From NCBI GenBank assembly GCA_033442325.1, contig JAWQFM010000001.1, forward strand, positions 755,416 to 819,415: a stretch of 64,000 bases of DNA. Reading direction: 5' to 3'. The DNA comes from Salpingoeca rosetta. Its lineage: Eukaryota > Protista > Choanoflagellata. The notes under the pieces were generated by a model. The model did not search any database and had not been told where the DNA came from. It saw only the letters and a program-made list of their open reading frames with translations. Position numbers and translations under genes: made by a program. Shown piece after piece: positions 1 through 28,935 of the stretch; the stretch's first letter is position 1, and each line of letters begins with the position of its first letter.

Positions 1-154
1 CGCACAAACGAACATGCACGCACACACCCCTCGCACACAACCAAGCAACACCACATCACATCACACAACACAAGGCCGCAGGAGTCCCAACCACCAGAGG
101 GTGGCAGCCCCCCCCCCCTTGTCACTTGCTTGCTTCTCTGCTGGCTTGCCTGGC

Positions 155-1060
155 TTAGTCTGCCTTGGCACGTCGACGAGCACCAGGTGCAGCAGCACCA
201 GCAGCGGCAGTGCCGTTGGCAGGCTTCTTGCCTGCTGGGGCCGCTGTGGAGGTTTGCTTGCCCGTCGTCGTGCTCCTGGCAGCACCACCACCAGCAGCCA
301 GCTCCTCCTCCAGTTCACGGCGCAGCTTGTCGCGCAGGGCGTGGCGGGTGTGCGACTCGATGACGCGCTTGGAGAAGTAGGGGCCGTTCCAGAAGATGGT
401 GGCCAGGTTGAAGAAGGTGATGACGAAGATGACCCAGCGCGGCGCCGTGTTGTACAGCGACGTGTTTGGCGTGATGGGGGACATGCCTGCGTCTGCGCGG
501 CGGCAGTACTCCACCCAGCTGATCCAGACGAGGAAGGCGTCGATGACGCAGCCCGGGGACCGGATCCACTGCTGGATGTTGCTGTTGTAGCGCTTCTCCG
601 TGACGGACTTCATCCACCCCTTCTTCACGGCAACCAGCATGGCGTAGTCGATGCCGCCCGGCAGGCCGGTCGCGTAGAAGGTGCCGTGGCCCAGCAGCGA
701 GCCCGGCTGCACAATGTAGGACATGGGCAGCGTGATGCCAATCATGATGATGTGGTGCAGCCAGTCCACGTAGGCGAGGGGCAGGAAGGCGACCATGTGG
801 TACACGTGCAGCGCGAACATGACGTCGGTGCCGAAGCAGTCGCACTCCACAAAGGCGGCCTCCATCGGGTGCATGTAGGTGAAGAGGAGGTCGTCCACGT
901 GCACCAGCGTCACCACGAGGTTGCACACAACATGCAGTGTGAAGTAGCGGCCGTTCTTGTCGCTCTTTGGGAAGAAGCCCGTCTTCACAATCAGCTCATC
1001 CAGCAGGTAGAACACCACAAAGCTCACGGCAGCAACCGCCAAGTCATATTGCCAGTTCAT
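155..1060 (-). CDS. TLC (TRAM/LAG1/CLN8) domain multi-pass membrane protein, single exon, 301 aa
   Basis: ATG at 1060 (MNWQYDLAV...). Several hydrophobic helices, the TLC-type DWLHH motif, GLPGGIDY-x-ML and WIR motifs, and a low-complexity basic tail. No introns. Confidence 0.75.
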   Translation of the reverse strand: MNWQYDLAVAAVSFVVFYLLDELIVKTGFFPKSDKNGRYFTLHVVCNLVVTLVHVDDLLFTYMHPMEAAFVECDCFGTDVMFALHVYHMVAFLPLAYVDWLHHIIMIGITLPMSYIVQPGSLLGHGTFYATGLPGGIDYAMLVAVKKGWMKSVTEKRYNSNIQQWIRSPGCVIDAFLVWISWVEYCRRADAGMSPITPNTSLYNTAPRWVIFVITFFNLATIFWNGPYFSKRVIESHTRHALRDKLRRELEEELAAGGGAARSTTTGKQTSTAAPAGKKPANGTAAAGAAAPGARRRAKAD

Positions 1061-1906
1061 GCTTGGTTGGTCAGTGACGTGATGATATGGGTGAAGACAA
1101 CGAAGAAGAAGAAGAGAAGAATGAACGTCGGAACACAAGAACAACAAGACAAAGAGAAGAACAAGGGAAGACAAAAGTAGACGAAGACGAAACAACGGTG
1201 GGGAGTTCAGTGGCGTGATGCGACAAGGGAACAACAGACTTAACTGTGATCTGAGACGAAGAGAACAATGGATGGACAGTGAACTACAACAGCACAACGG
1301 TAGGTAGGGTGACGCCGGGGACGTAGCTCCAAAAGTGCGACCAACCAACCAACCAACACAACAAAACACAACCGTGGGGGGACGGGTTCACGCTGTGCAG
1401 AACGACAGCAACAAACAAACACAGCAGCAGCTATGAGGTAACGATGACGATATTGTGAAGATATGCGCCAATTTTCGTAGCACCCAATTGCGCGAAGCAA
1501 AAAGAAGAAGAAAAGCAAGAAACGGACGGACACAACAAACAAACACCTGAGGCAAGCAAGCAAGCAACAGCAGCAAGGTGGTGATGATGATGACAGAGAG
1601 TGGGGGTTCTGTCTGTTCCTGTATGCCGTGTATGTGTGTGGGTGTGTGTGGGTGTGTGGGTGTGTTGGGGTGCCTGCTGCGTCGGTGTCGGCTTCTGCAA
1701 GCAAGCAAGAACAGTTCGAGAGAGAGAGTGTGTGAGTGACGTCTCTTCACATACGCTCACACTCGCTCGTGTATTGTGGGTTTTGTTGCAGAAGAGAAGC
1801 ACGACACGTTCTTGGTGTCAGTGCCAGTCAAGCAGACACAAAGCGGTTCTTTCCGTATGTGCGTGCGTGCTTTGAGCGCGACGAGCAAGCGAGCCCTTAA
1901 CAAGTT

Positions 1907-11294
<9,388 letters not shown>

Positions 11295-11684
11295 CCTTTC
11301 CAACTCAGTGTGTGTGTGTGTGTGTGTGTGTGGTGATGGTGGTGGTGGTGTTGTTGTTTCTTCTTTTGCACATAACTACGAGCATGGTATTCCGTCTGGT
11401 GTTAATTGTAAACCACACTGCATGCCATGGCATCCTAAGGAACGACACCAACGACTATTGAGCTTGCTCGCTTGAAGCCTGGTCAGCATGCACGGCCCCA
11501 AACACACAAAAACACAAAACGTAAACACGGACGGCACTTGCATGGGAAAACTAACACCATTCCTCAGCCAGCACGCATTCATCCCATGCATCCATGCGTT
11601 CATTCGCATACACATGACGCCATTGCAAATGCGCGCGCGTGGAAGAACGGGTGCATTGACACATGAGCGGGGCCGGCGTTGCGG

Positions 11685-19843
<8,159 letters not shown>

Positions 19844-20475
19844 ATCGGGTGGTGGTGGTGTGGTGATGATAGTTGTGGTCCTCACGCAACAACTTCTTGG
19901 CGTGTGTTGCTCTTCCTTGTTCTTCGCTTGGTGTAAAAGGCGATTTTGACTTTGTGTCGCCCATTGCGCAATTTCACTTTAAAGGCAAACTTGACATTGC
20001 CATGGCAAATCTTCCTCCGCCAACTGTTTGAACCACTGGATCTTGAGCAAGCACACGAAGAACAAAACCGCGCGCAGGACAGCAGCCGCATGCGAACGTG
20101 GCAGCCGCGACACTGCATGTGAGAGTGGGGTGTGGCGATGATGATTTGACACGACCACGTGCTCCAACCGGCCTTGCCTTTTTGCTTGGGGCGGAGAACG
20201 TTATTGTTCACAGTGAAACACACACGCGTCCACATCTGCTCACGTGCGTGCCACGACCCCACATTTTTTATCATTTGCCCCTTGTTCACTGCGTGCGCTT
20301 GCTCACGTGGCCTACCCAGAACAGAGGCAAGCTGCAACATGAAGGAAGACACGCGCACGCAAGCGCGCACGTAACTGACAGCAAGCTCCACTTGCGCGTG
20401 AAAGTGGGCCATTTCCCTGTTGTCTTCCCCCACCTCTCCTCCTTCTCCCGGTACCTCAACAGCCCCTACCACAGC

Positions 20476-20590
20476 CAGTGAACAGTGAACAGTTTTAGTG
20501 AACAGTCTCAGTGAACAGTGACCAGTGAACAGTGACCAGTGACCAGCGAACAGCGACCAGTGAACAGTGAACATTGATTGACCAGTGACC
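20476..20590. repeat. Tandem array of ~16 degenerate 7-mers CAGTGA(A/C)
   Basis: cagtgaa cagtgaa ... cagtgac cagtgac cagcgaa cagcgac cagtgaa read directly from the sequence. Confidence 0.9.
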
Positions 20591-20811
20591 ACCACCCACA
20601 ACGACTGTCCACTTGTAAGTCACACCTCGGCCAGCAAAGCAAACCACACATGACAGGCTGGCATATCACACATGAGTGCCCACAAACGAACGCAACGCGT
20701 GAACAAACCTGGTGTCATCCACGTTCAGACGTGCCTTGCTTGAATTGACTCTTACGCTTCCTCTCCTTGCTGCTGCAACGCCATCCCAAGGACTTAAAGA
20801 ACGCCAACAGC

Positions 20812-21258
20812 ATGGACGAGGCAAACCGCAAGGCGTGGAAGAAGGCCATCAAGGAGCTGGGCCGAGATCCAGACTGCGACGACTTGGACCTCACGGATGC
20901 CGTCATCGCCGCAGAGGAGATGCTCAAGGACAGGAGCACGCGCGAGAAGGACTTGCGCAGGCTGTTTCGCGGCAAACCCGTGTGCATGATGTGCCTGAAG
21001 GTTAACCGCCGGTGCGTGTGCGCTGACGCAAACCTCCTTCAGCAGCTGAGCATGCGCCCGGTTCCCAGCCGCGCGACGCCTGCCGAGCGCCAGCGCCGGG
21101 CCCTCGTGCGCTCGTGCGCCGAGAAACTCTCCCGCGTGGTGCCCAACCTCCAAGACGATGGGAAGAGGAAGAAGAAAAAGGAGAAGTCTATCAACGCCAG
21201 CCAACACTATGACCCAAGCGGCGTTGCCGGACGCACCCCAAGCCCAAACTACCGATGA
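20812..21258 (+). CDS. Orphan 148-aa protein with C-x2-C-x6-C-x-C motif and basic NLS-like KRKKKKEK
   Basis: Uninterrupted, repeat-free ORF with GC3-rich codons (MDEANRKAWKKAIKELG...CMMCLKVNRRCVC...). No homologue recognised. Confidence 0.55.
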   Translation: MDEANRKAWKKAIKELGRDPDCDDLDLTDAVIAAEEMLKDRSTREKDLRRLFRGKPVCMMCLKVNRRCVCADANLLQQLSMRPVPSRATPAERQRRALVRSCAEKLSRVVPNLQDDGKRKKKKEKSINASQHYDPSGVAGRTPSPNYR

Positions 21259-21743
21259 CGCCTCGTCAACGACAGGCAGCACCATGGAAATCCCTTTCTG
21301 TCCCTCATATGTATTCCCCCACGCCCCGCAATCTTATTTCCACTCACTCAATCGCTAACAGAAGTACTGCTAACCTATTTGTGACCTGACAGTTGCCCGC
21401 TCTTTCCCCAATTCCACCCCCCCTTCACCCCTTGTCCCTTAACTCCTAACCCCACCCCCACTCTCCACGCGATTCATTGTAACCGTCCGTTTTCGCCCCT
21501 GTATCTGCGTGTATCTGCAAGTATCCGGTGCGTCTGTACGTGCGTCTGCGTGTACACTGCGTGGATTTCCCATTGGCTGTGCGTCGAGGCAAGTTTCAAG
21601 CTTCAGTTGACCAATACACGATCAAGCACAACCCAAGCCACCAGGGGGGGGGGGATGTGCCAGAGTCAGAGAGAGAGAGAGAGACTGGAAGAGACACAGA
21701 GGTGGAGAGGAATGGTGCGAGGTCTAGTGCGCATGTGCGTGTG

Positions 21744-22451
21744 TTACTGTGCATTTTTGTACTCGATGAAGCGCTTGAGGTTCAAGCGCGTCTCAGACAC
21801 GCGCGCCTTGAGGTCCGGTGGCATGCCACGCTGAGGGGTGTATGTGTTTGGGGCGGGAGGAGATTAACCAAGCGGTGAGATGCCAGCACGAGGAAGGAGG
21901 TGCCATCCACCATAGGCTGCGCGGCCAAGCATACACGCAAGCAAGAGCGAGCAAGCAAGCACGAGAACACACTAAAGCGCAATGCCACAATGACATCGAC
22001 ATGGGACTGGGCAACCCACCTCAACGCGCGTGTTTGCCAAGAGCTTGGGCACCGTCTCCGCCAGGCCAGATGCGATGTACTTCCAACAAAAGGGGCAGGA
22101 ACAGCACACCAACACGCGTGAGAGGTGCATGACAAGCGTGTGTGTGTATGTGTGTGTGTGTGTGTATTCGGCCACTCGCGTGGGTGTGTGAAGTCACATC
22201 ATGTGTCCATCCCAGCCCCTTGTGCGGCGCGCATACCTCTTGGTTGACGTCGGCCTCTGCAAACGCATCGAAGACTCCATTGATCGCCTCCATGCGCACC
22301 CTGGCATATACACGCAGCAGAGACACGCGTGAGGTTGGTGGCGCAAAACAAAAATAAAAGCATAAACAAAGATCACAGAAACCCTTGCACACATTCACAC
22401 ACACACACATTCACACACACACACACATTCACACACACACACACACACGCA

Positions 22452-22519
<68 letters not shown>

Positions 22520-22829
22520 AGGGAGACGGGTCGGTGGCTGCGGCGTGTGCGATTGCCTTGCCCAGGTCCACGAGGTCTTGCTTGTTTGCCGGCAGCTGCG
22601 AAACACACGCGAGCACGCCAACACACGCCGTGCGCGCCTCCTCTGGCGACGACGAGTCAGAGGCAACCTGCGAGATGCGTGCCACATGCATGTATGAACA
22701 TAACAGGCACACACACGCACACGAAAAAATATACCCACATACACACTTGTCAGATATGCACCCATCGTACGGACTGATGGCTCGTAACAACCATGTCTCA
22801 CTCGCTCGCTACCGTGCACGGACGCAGAA

Positions 22830-22911
<82 letters not shown>

Positions 22912-25900
22912 ACGCGTGCAGATTGCAACGCGTCTCACCAGAAACACAATTTCAAGGTGCTCCCGCGGAATTTGCTGCCAGTGACCAAGGCATCAACGCA
23001 AAGAGTACACACATGTCAGGCGTAGCTGCAAATGGCAGGTGGGGCATGCGTGTGCAAACAACGGACACACACACACGCGCGCAACTGCAATGGAAGCAAC
23101 TAACTCATGCACATATCCACACACACACACGCACACACGCACGCACACACGCACGCATACAAAACCACAACGAATACAACGACCAGCAGCAGCAGAGACG
23201 CACCATGCCCTGGCGGATTTCATCACTGGTGAGTGCAGTTCGCAGCACAGACCACGCCGCCGTTGTTGCGCTCTGAAGAGGATAGTAGAGGCGTGGAGAG
23301 GATAAGGAGGCGACGAGGGGCATCGAGGCAATTGGGCAATATTGTTTAAATTTAAAGAGTCGCACAGGGCATCGAATGTGGTAACGATGGCACGCATGCA
23401 AATGACCAGACACGCACAAACACGCAAGTGTGCATGAGCGCTAATGCACGACGACATATGCACATTCTCGCGTCTTTGTGTGCCGACCTGGACAATGTCC
23501 TTGTTTGAGTGTTGGAAGAGGGAGAAACACGCAAGCCAGAGGGCGCCGAGATCACCGAAGCAGCGCACGCCACGCTCCCCAGCCGACGTGATGTTGTTGA
23601 TCATGTTCACTGCAGCTTGCAGCAGCATGTGGAACTGCAAGCCAAGTGGTGGCGGTGTGAATGCATGTGTGAATGCATGTGTGTATTGTGCGTTGTGTGT
23701 TTGTGTGTATGGTGAATGCGTTTGCTGCGCGGAAAGAATCATGTTCTATGGCAAAGACAGTCAGTCAACCAACATCCAATCCCTTGCGCTCCACAGTCAA
23801 CACCAACCCCGACACAGACAACAGCCGCACCTGGTTGAGCTGCAATTGGCCCCAATCGCCGAGCTTGGTGAAGCAGGAGTGGGTGGTGGCATCAAGCGGT
23901 TGGCACCGCGCCAGCACCTGTTGGGACGCACGAGCGATGGCAGTGGAGAGGTCACGGTGGACACCGTGATTACCAGCGAATGAGAGCACATGCGGGCATG
24001 GCGCACACGCATACGCAAACGCGTTCACACCGACACATACTGACGCATAGGCATGCACTCGCTCACAAACTCGCTCACAAACTCACTCACAAACTCGCTG
24101 ACTCGCTCACAAGTAGAAGCGCACATGCACATGTACACTTGCCACCACACACCTTGCTGAAGATGGCATGTTGGTCCATGTGTGCAAAGAGCATCTCCAT
24201 GCGCGCAGCGGCCTCTGCGTCCATGCTGCCGTGCTGCTGTTGTTCCTCCTCCTCCATCATCGCCATCGCAGCATCATCGTCATCTGCATCCTCGTCAATC
24301 ACCGTCCACTCCTCATCTGATACGAATGAGAACAGGGTGAGAGGAGAGGTTCGTGCGTGCGTGTGTGTGTATGTGTGTGCCGGTGTGTTTGAGTGTGTGC
24401 GTGTGTGTGTGTCTGTCTGTCTCTCTCTGTCTCTCTCTGTCTCTCTCTCTCTGTCTGTCTCTCTCTGTCTGTCTGTCTCTCTCTGTCTGTCTGTCTCTCT
24501 CTATCTGTCTGTCTCTCTCTCTCTCTCTGTCTCTGTCTCTGTCTCTGTCTCTCTCTCTGTCACACACACACACACTCTCTCTCTGTGTTGAGCAGACCTG
24601 GCGAGGAGAGGCACAGCATGTTGGTCAGGATTTCCAAGGCGAGGCGCTGTGCGCGGATGTTGCTCTTGACAGCAGCAAGTTGAACCTGCAACAAATACCA
24701 ATCGTGATGCGTGAACCAACACGCTCACATGCAAACAACAACGTAAAACACAACAACGTATGCATTGTCTGCTACACCCACTCACTCATTCACTTACTCT
24801 CAAACACCCATCACCACCCACCCACTCACTCACACACACACACACACTCACACATAATCGCTCGCTCACGCTTTCGTCTGCGACAAAGTTGTTCTGTTCG
24901 GCCTGTCGAGCCTGCGGCAGAACGGGAACGAGGGCGGTGAGCGCCGCGCGTGTGTCTTCGTCCAAGACGGTGCCGGCACACGCAACAACAGCGCCAAGCG
25001 TCTCCTCGTTGTCCGTGGCGCGCGCATTAGCAAGTACGCCTGCTCAGGGGTGGCGACGATGGTGATGGTGGTGGCGGCGGCGGCGGCGATGAGTGGTGAG
25101 TGAGGCACGAGGGGATTGGGTGTGCAGCAAAGGCAAGGCATGTCTCCAGCGGGCACTCGTGTCGTTTGAAAAGCGAGCGCCTCTGAAGTTCCGAACCACA
25201 CCTGTTTGATCATACACGCACACACACACACACATACACTCACTCACATACACACTCACATGCACACACACTCACATACATGCACACCCGGCATATCCAC
25301 AAAATACACACGCAGCGGTCCCTCACCTGCCGCTGATAGGCGCAGCTCTGCAGTGAAAGGTTCTGTGGCGGTGGCCGCAACAAGCGACACGAGATGCTGC
25401 TGTGCTTGCGTGTTTCCCACCAACCACTCTGAAAACGCCGCGTTGTCCTCGGAGATGACCAGCAGGGACGATGCTGTTGCATGACGAGAAAAGCGTGAGC
25501 GCTGCAGGGGACAGGTAGGAAAAGGGAAAATGTATGTGGCGCAACAGTGTGGCATGACAGTGTGGTGCAAAGCCCGGCAAGTTGGCAGTGTGCTGTGCAA
25601 ACGCCTGTCCGGTGCGAGCGGTTGGTGGTGTGACGGTGGTTTGCACGTGCACGCGTCACTGAGCAATGCGCACCTGCGTTGATGCAGAGGGGAAGTGGAA
25701 GGAGACTGGGCCGCATGCACGCCACCATGTTGGCAAGCATGTCAGGTGCCGCTGTGATGGCCTCAACCATCATGGGATTCGTTTCGCTGCATACCGTATG
25801 TCGAAGCGGGGTGAGGGTGAGCAACGCAGAAACAGAATCCAAAGGCGCCAACGTTGGACAAGCACACCGACACAGCGCACAGCACGCACGCACCACAGGA

Positions 25901-26899
25901 GGCTGAAGATTTTGCAGAGCTGTTCCAAGACATCAAAGAAGTGAAGTTTGTGCTCATCGTCGGCCTCCGCAACTGTCTGCTCAATCTCCGACACACGCTA
26001 TCAGCACAAGCAATGGCACGCAGCGTGCGTGTGCGTGCGTGTGTGTGTGTGTGCGTGCGTGTGTGTGTGACCGTGTGATTGTGTGAGAGAGAGAGAGAGA
26101 GACAGACCGTGTGATTGTGTGTGTGTGCGAGTGTGTGAGTGTGAATGTGAGTGGAGAGCGATAATGACAGGCACACGTACATGGGCATACGCGCTGTGCG
26201 TGAGGGCTCACTTTTGCAAACACGGTGCTGAGGGTGTGTTGTGTGGCATCGTCAAAGACGTGCCCCAGAATGCTGTCATCGCTGCTTGTGGCGAGATTCC
26301 TGTCATGCATCACCGCGAACATGTTGATGAAGCAAAGCAAGTTAGTCGGGTGCGGAGAGAACAGTGACTATGTGCGTGGTCATGTGCGCGCACACACACA
26401 TGCGTAAATGTACACACACATACACACACACGTACACGCACACACATGCGCAAATGTACACACACATACACACACGCGTACACGCACACACATGCGCAAA
26501 TGTACACACACGTACACACGCGCGCGCGCACACATACACACACCTGAAGCAGCCGGCGGCTTCTGCCTGTACGGGGAGGTTCTCCGAGTCGTTGAGCGCT
26601 GCTCGAAGCGGCTCCACAATGCCCATTTCCAGCAGTGGTGCATGTGCTGCGGGATCGGCAGTGATGTGTGCGAGACTGTTACAGGCGAGGTGCCGCGCTG
26701 CAGCGGCCTCATCTGCCAACTGCACCAGCAGAGGCGCGACAGCGTTCTTCACTGCATCGGCGTTGTTCTTCTGACCCGCTTTTTGCTGCTCCTGATCTCT
26801 CCTCTGCTGTTGCTGTTGTTGCTGCTGCTGCTGCTGTGACGAGGCCTTGCCACCTCCCTTCTTCTTCTTCCCTTTGTTGTTGCGCCTGTGTCGCGGCAT
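21744..26899 (-). CDS. HEATR3: HEAT repeat-containing protein 3 / Syo1 (RPL5-RPL11 import chaperone), multi-exon
   Basis: Basic N-terminus [42 protein letters not shown] followed by an acidic DEEW loop, [12 protein letters not shown], and C-terminal [13 protein letters not shown]. Confidence 0.85.
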
Positions 26900-27264
26900 G
26901 CTGCTGTTTGTGGCTGTCAAATGTGGTGAAGTGTGTGCGCATGTGCAGCAGCGTGTTCCTCGTGGGTTGAATTTGGTGGTGCGACAGCACAAAATCCTGC
27001 TTTTGCTCTGTGCGACGTGTGTTGTCTGTTTGCGCACACCACCTCTTACCGAGCGCCCCTCCTCCCTCCCCCTCCTTTCTTCCATCTTAACTTATTTGCA
27101 CACTGGCAAGTTTGCTTCGCGTTTTACAAGACGAGACAGCAGCAGCAAAGGGGAAGCGGACATGGTGGGGTATCATGTCCAAACCAACCGAGGAGTAGTA
27201 CAGAGTGTGCAACTGGAACAACCAGACAAAACAAAAGGAGAGGGTATGTGTTGAATGGGTGCAG

Positions 27265-28594
27265 TTACTCCTTGGCAGCCTCCTTGCGCTGGGCGGCCTT
27301 GCGCATAGCGACGAGAACAGCGCTCATCTCCTCACGCTTTCTCTTAGCACGCTTGTGAGTGCCCAGCTGTGTGTGTTGGTGGTGTCCAGTGGGGGTGGTA
27401 TGGCGCGGATGCGACGCAAATGGTGGTGGTGGTGGTGTGAGCGAGGTGTGAGCGATGTGTGGCAGGGTGGTGTGGGGTAAAACGAGGAACTGCACAACGC
27501 CGTGGTGCACAGAGAAGAGAGAAGACGCTCACCACCATACGCCACGCGCCACACCACAAAGAACACACACACACGGCGCACACCATCCCAATCACACACA
27601 AGCGCACACACGCACACTCACACATCTCCCTTCGCACACCCAAGCGCACGGGCATGTGGCAAGGGCACAACTCAACACAGTCTCTAACGCTTCCACGCAC
27701 ACACACACACATACATAGATGCAATACATAGATACATACACGCACAGCATGTCAACGAACCCTCTTCTTGCAGAACTTGAGGGCGCGCTTGTCAGCACCA
27801 ATACGGAGAAGCTCCATGCAGCGGCGCTCGTAGGGAGCAAAGCCAGCAACCTCACGGATCACGTCACGCACAAACTTTGTGCGCTTGGCAGGCTGTGAAA
27901 AGGCACAAGACAAATCAAAAAGGCAGGCAGGAAAGGAGCGAGAGGGGAAGCGGAGTGGAGTGAGAGAATGGTCACTCGAGCGTGGCACGTGGCACAGACG
28001 AAAAACGCGGTGTGAGATGCTGCAGCCTTCTGTGCGCGACATGTGACGGCAGCCCACTGGGTCGGCTTGTTGCCTCTTCGAACAACATTCCGTCCCTCTC
28101 AACCAAGCATCAGCCAGAAACCATCTTCGCCTCGACATGCTGTCGTCTGTGCTGAAGTCTAAAGCGGCACCACCATCAACGACAATCAAGCACATGGCTG
28201 GTCCTCATCGTAGCAACCGCAACAAGTCTTCCATCTCACGCGGGCTGTGGCTGTTTCTCCAAACTCGTAAAGCAGCACATGCACTCGAAAACAAAAACAG
28301 CCTGCCGTTCTTTTGCCGCGCAATCACCATCTCGTCTCGTCTCGTGTCGTCTGGTCTTGTATCGGCTGCATGCGATGCTGATGATGATGATGACAGGCAA
28401 CTCGACCTCATGTGCAATCCCTGCTTCATAACCACACAACACAGCACAGGCCCGGTGGATCAACTTACCCCGCGGTGAGCCTTCTGGCCAGCCTTCATCT
28501 TGGTGACCTTGTGGCCACGGACGAGGCCGTACGCGACATCGCCGCGGGGCTCCTGGGGAGCTGGGGGAGAGAACTTCACAGCCGAGCTCGACAT
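27265..28594 (-). CDS. RPL36: 60S ribosomal protein L36 (eL36); exons 28469-28594, 27761-27892, 27265-27366; 119 aa
   Basis: [10 protein letters not shown]...[53 protein letters not shown]; GT-AG junctions in frame. Confidence 0.97.
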
Positions 28595-28935
28595 CGTGTG
28601 GTCTGTGTGTGCTGGGTATGGGCTGGTGGTAGCACAAGAGGAAAAAGGCACGGCAGACGCGCTCGCTGACTGCATGTGCCTGCGCCTTTTTCCAGCTCGC
28701 ACCACACAAAATTTTCACCATCCCGCACACTTCATGCTGTCGTCGTTTCAACTGGTTGAGAACACGACAAAGTGCAGTAGGCAGTTTTTTGGCGCCAGTC
28801 ACATCACAACGAGCTCGCCAACCAACAACAACGTGAGACACAGCAGGCAAGCAAGAGTGCGTGGTGCACCTTGATTGATGTTGACGTGAGAGGAGAGCAC
28901 CTGTTGCACCAACAACCAACAACAAACAAACAACG

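Noticed and set aside
14-1180. 388-aa plus-strand ORF
   Set aside because: Antisense shadow of the GC3-rich TLC gene.
20476-20590. CRISPR-like array
   Set aside because: 7-bp tandem units without unique spacers, no cas genes, eukaryotic context.
20371-21612. Terminal inverted repeats around the orphan island (aactga/aagct/acttgc patches)
   Set aside because: Only scattered 5-6 bp matches with gaps and no TSD found; too weak to call a transposon.
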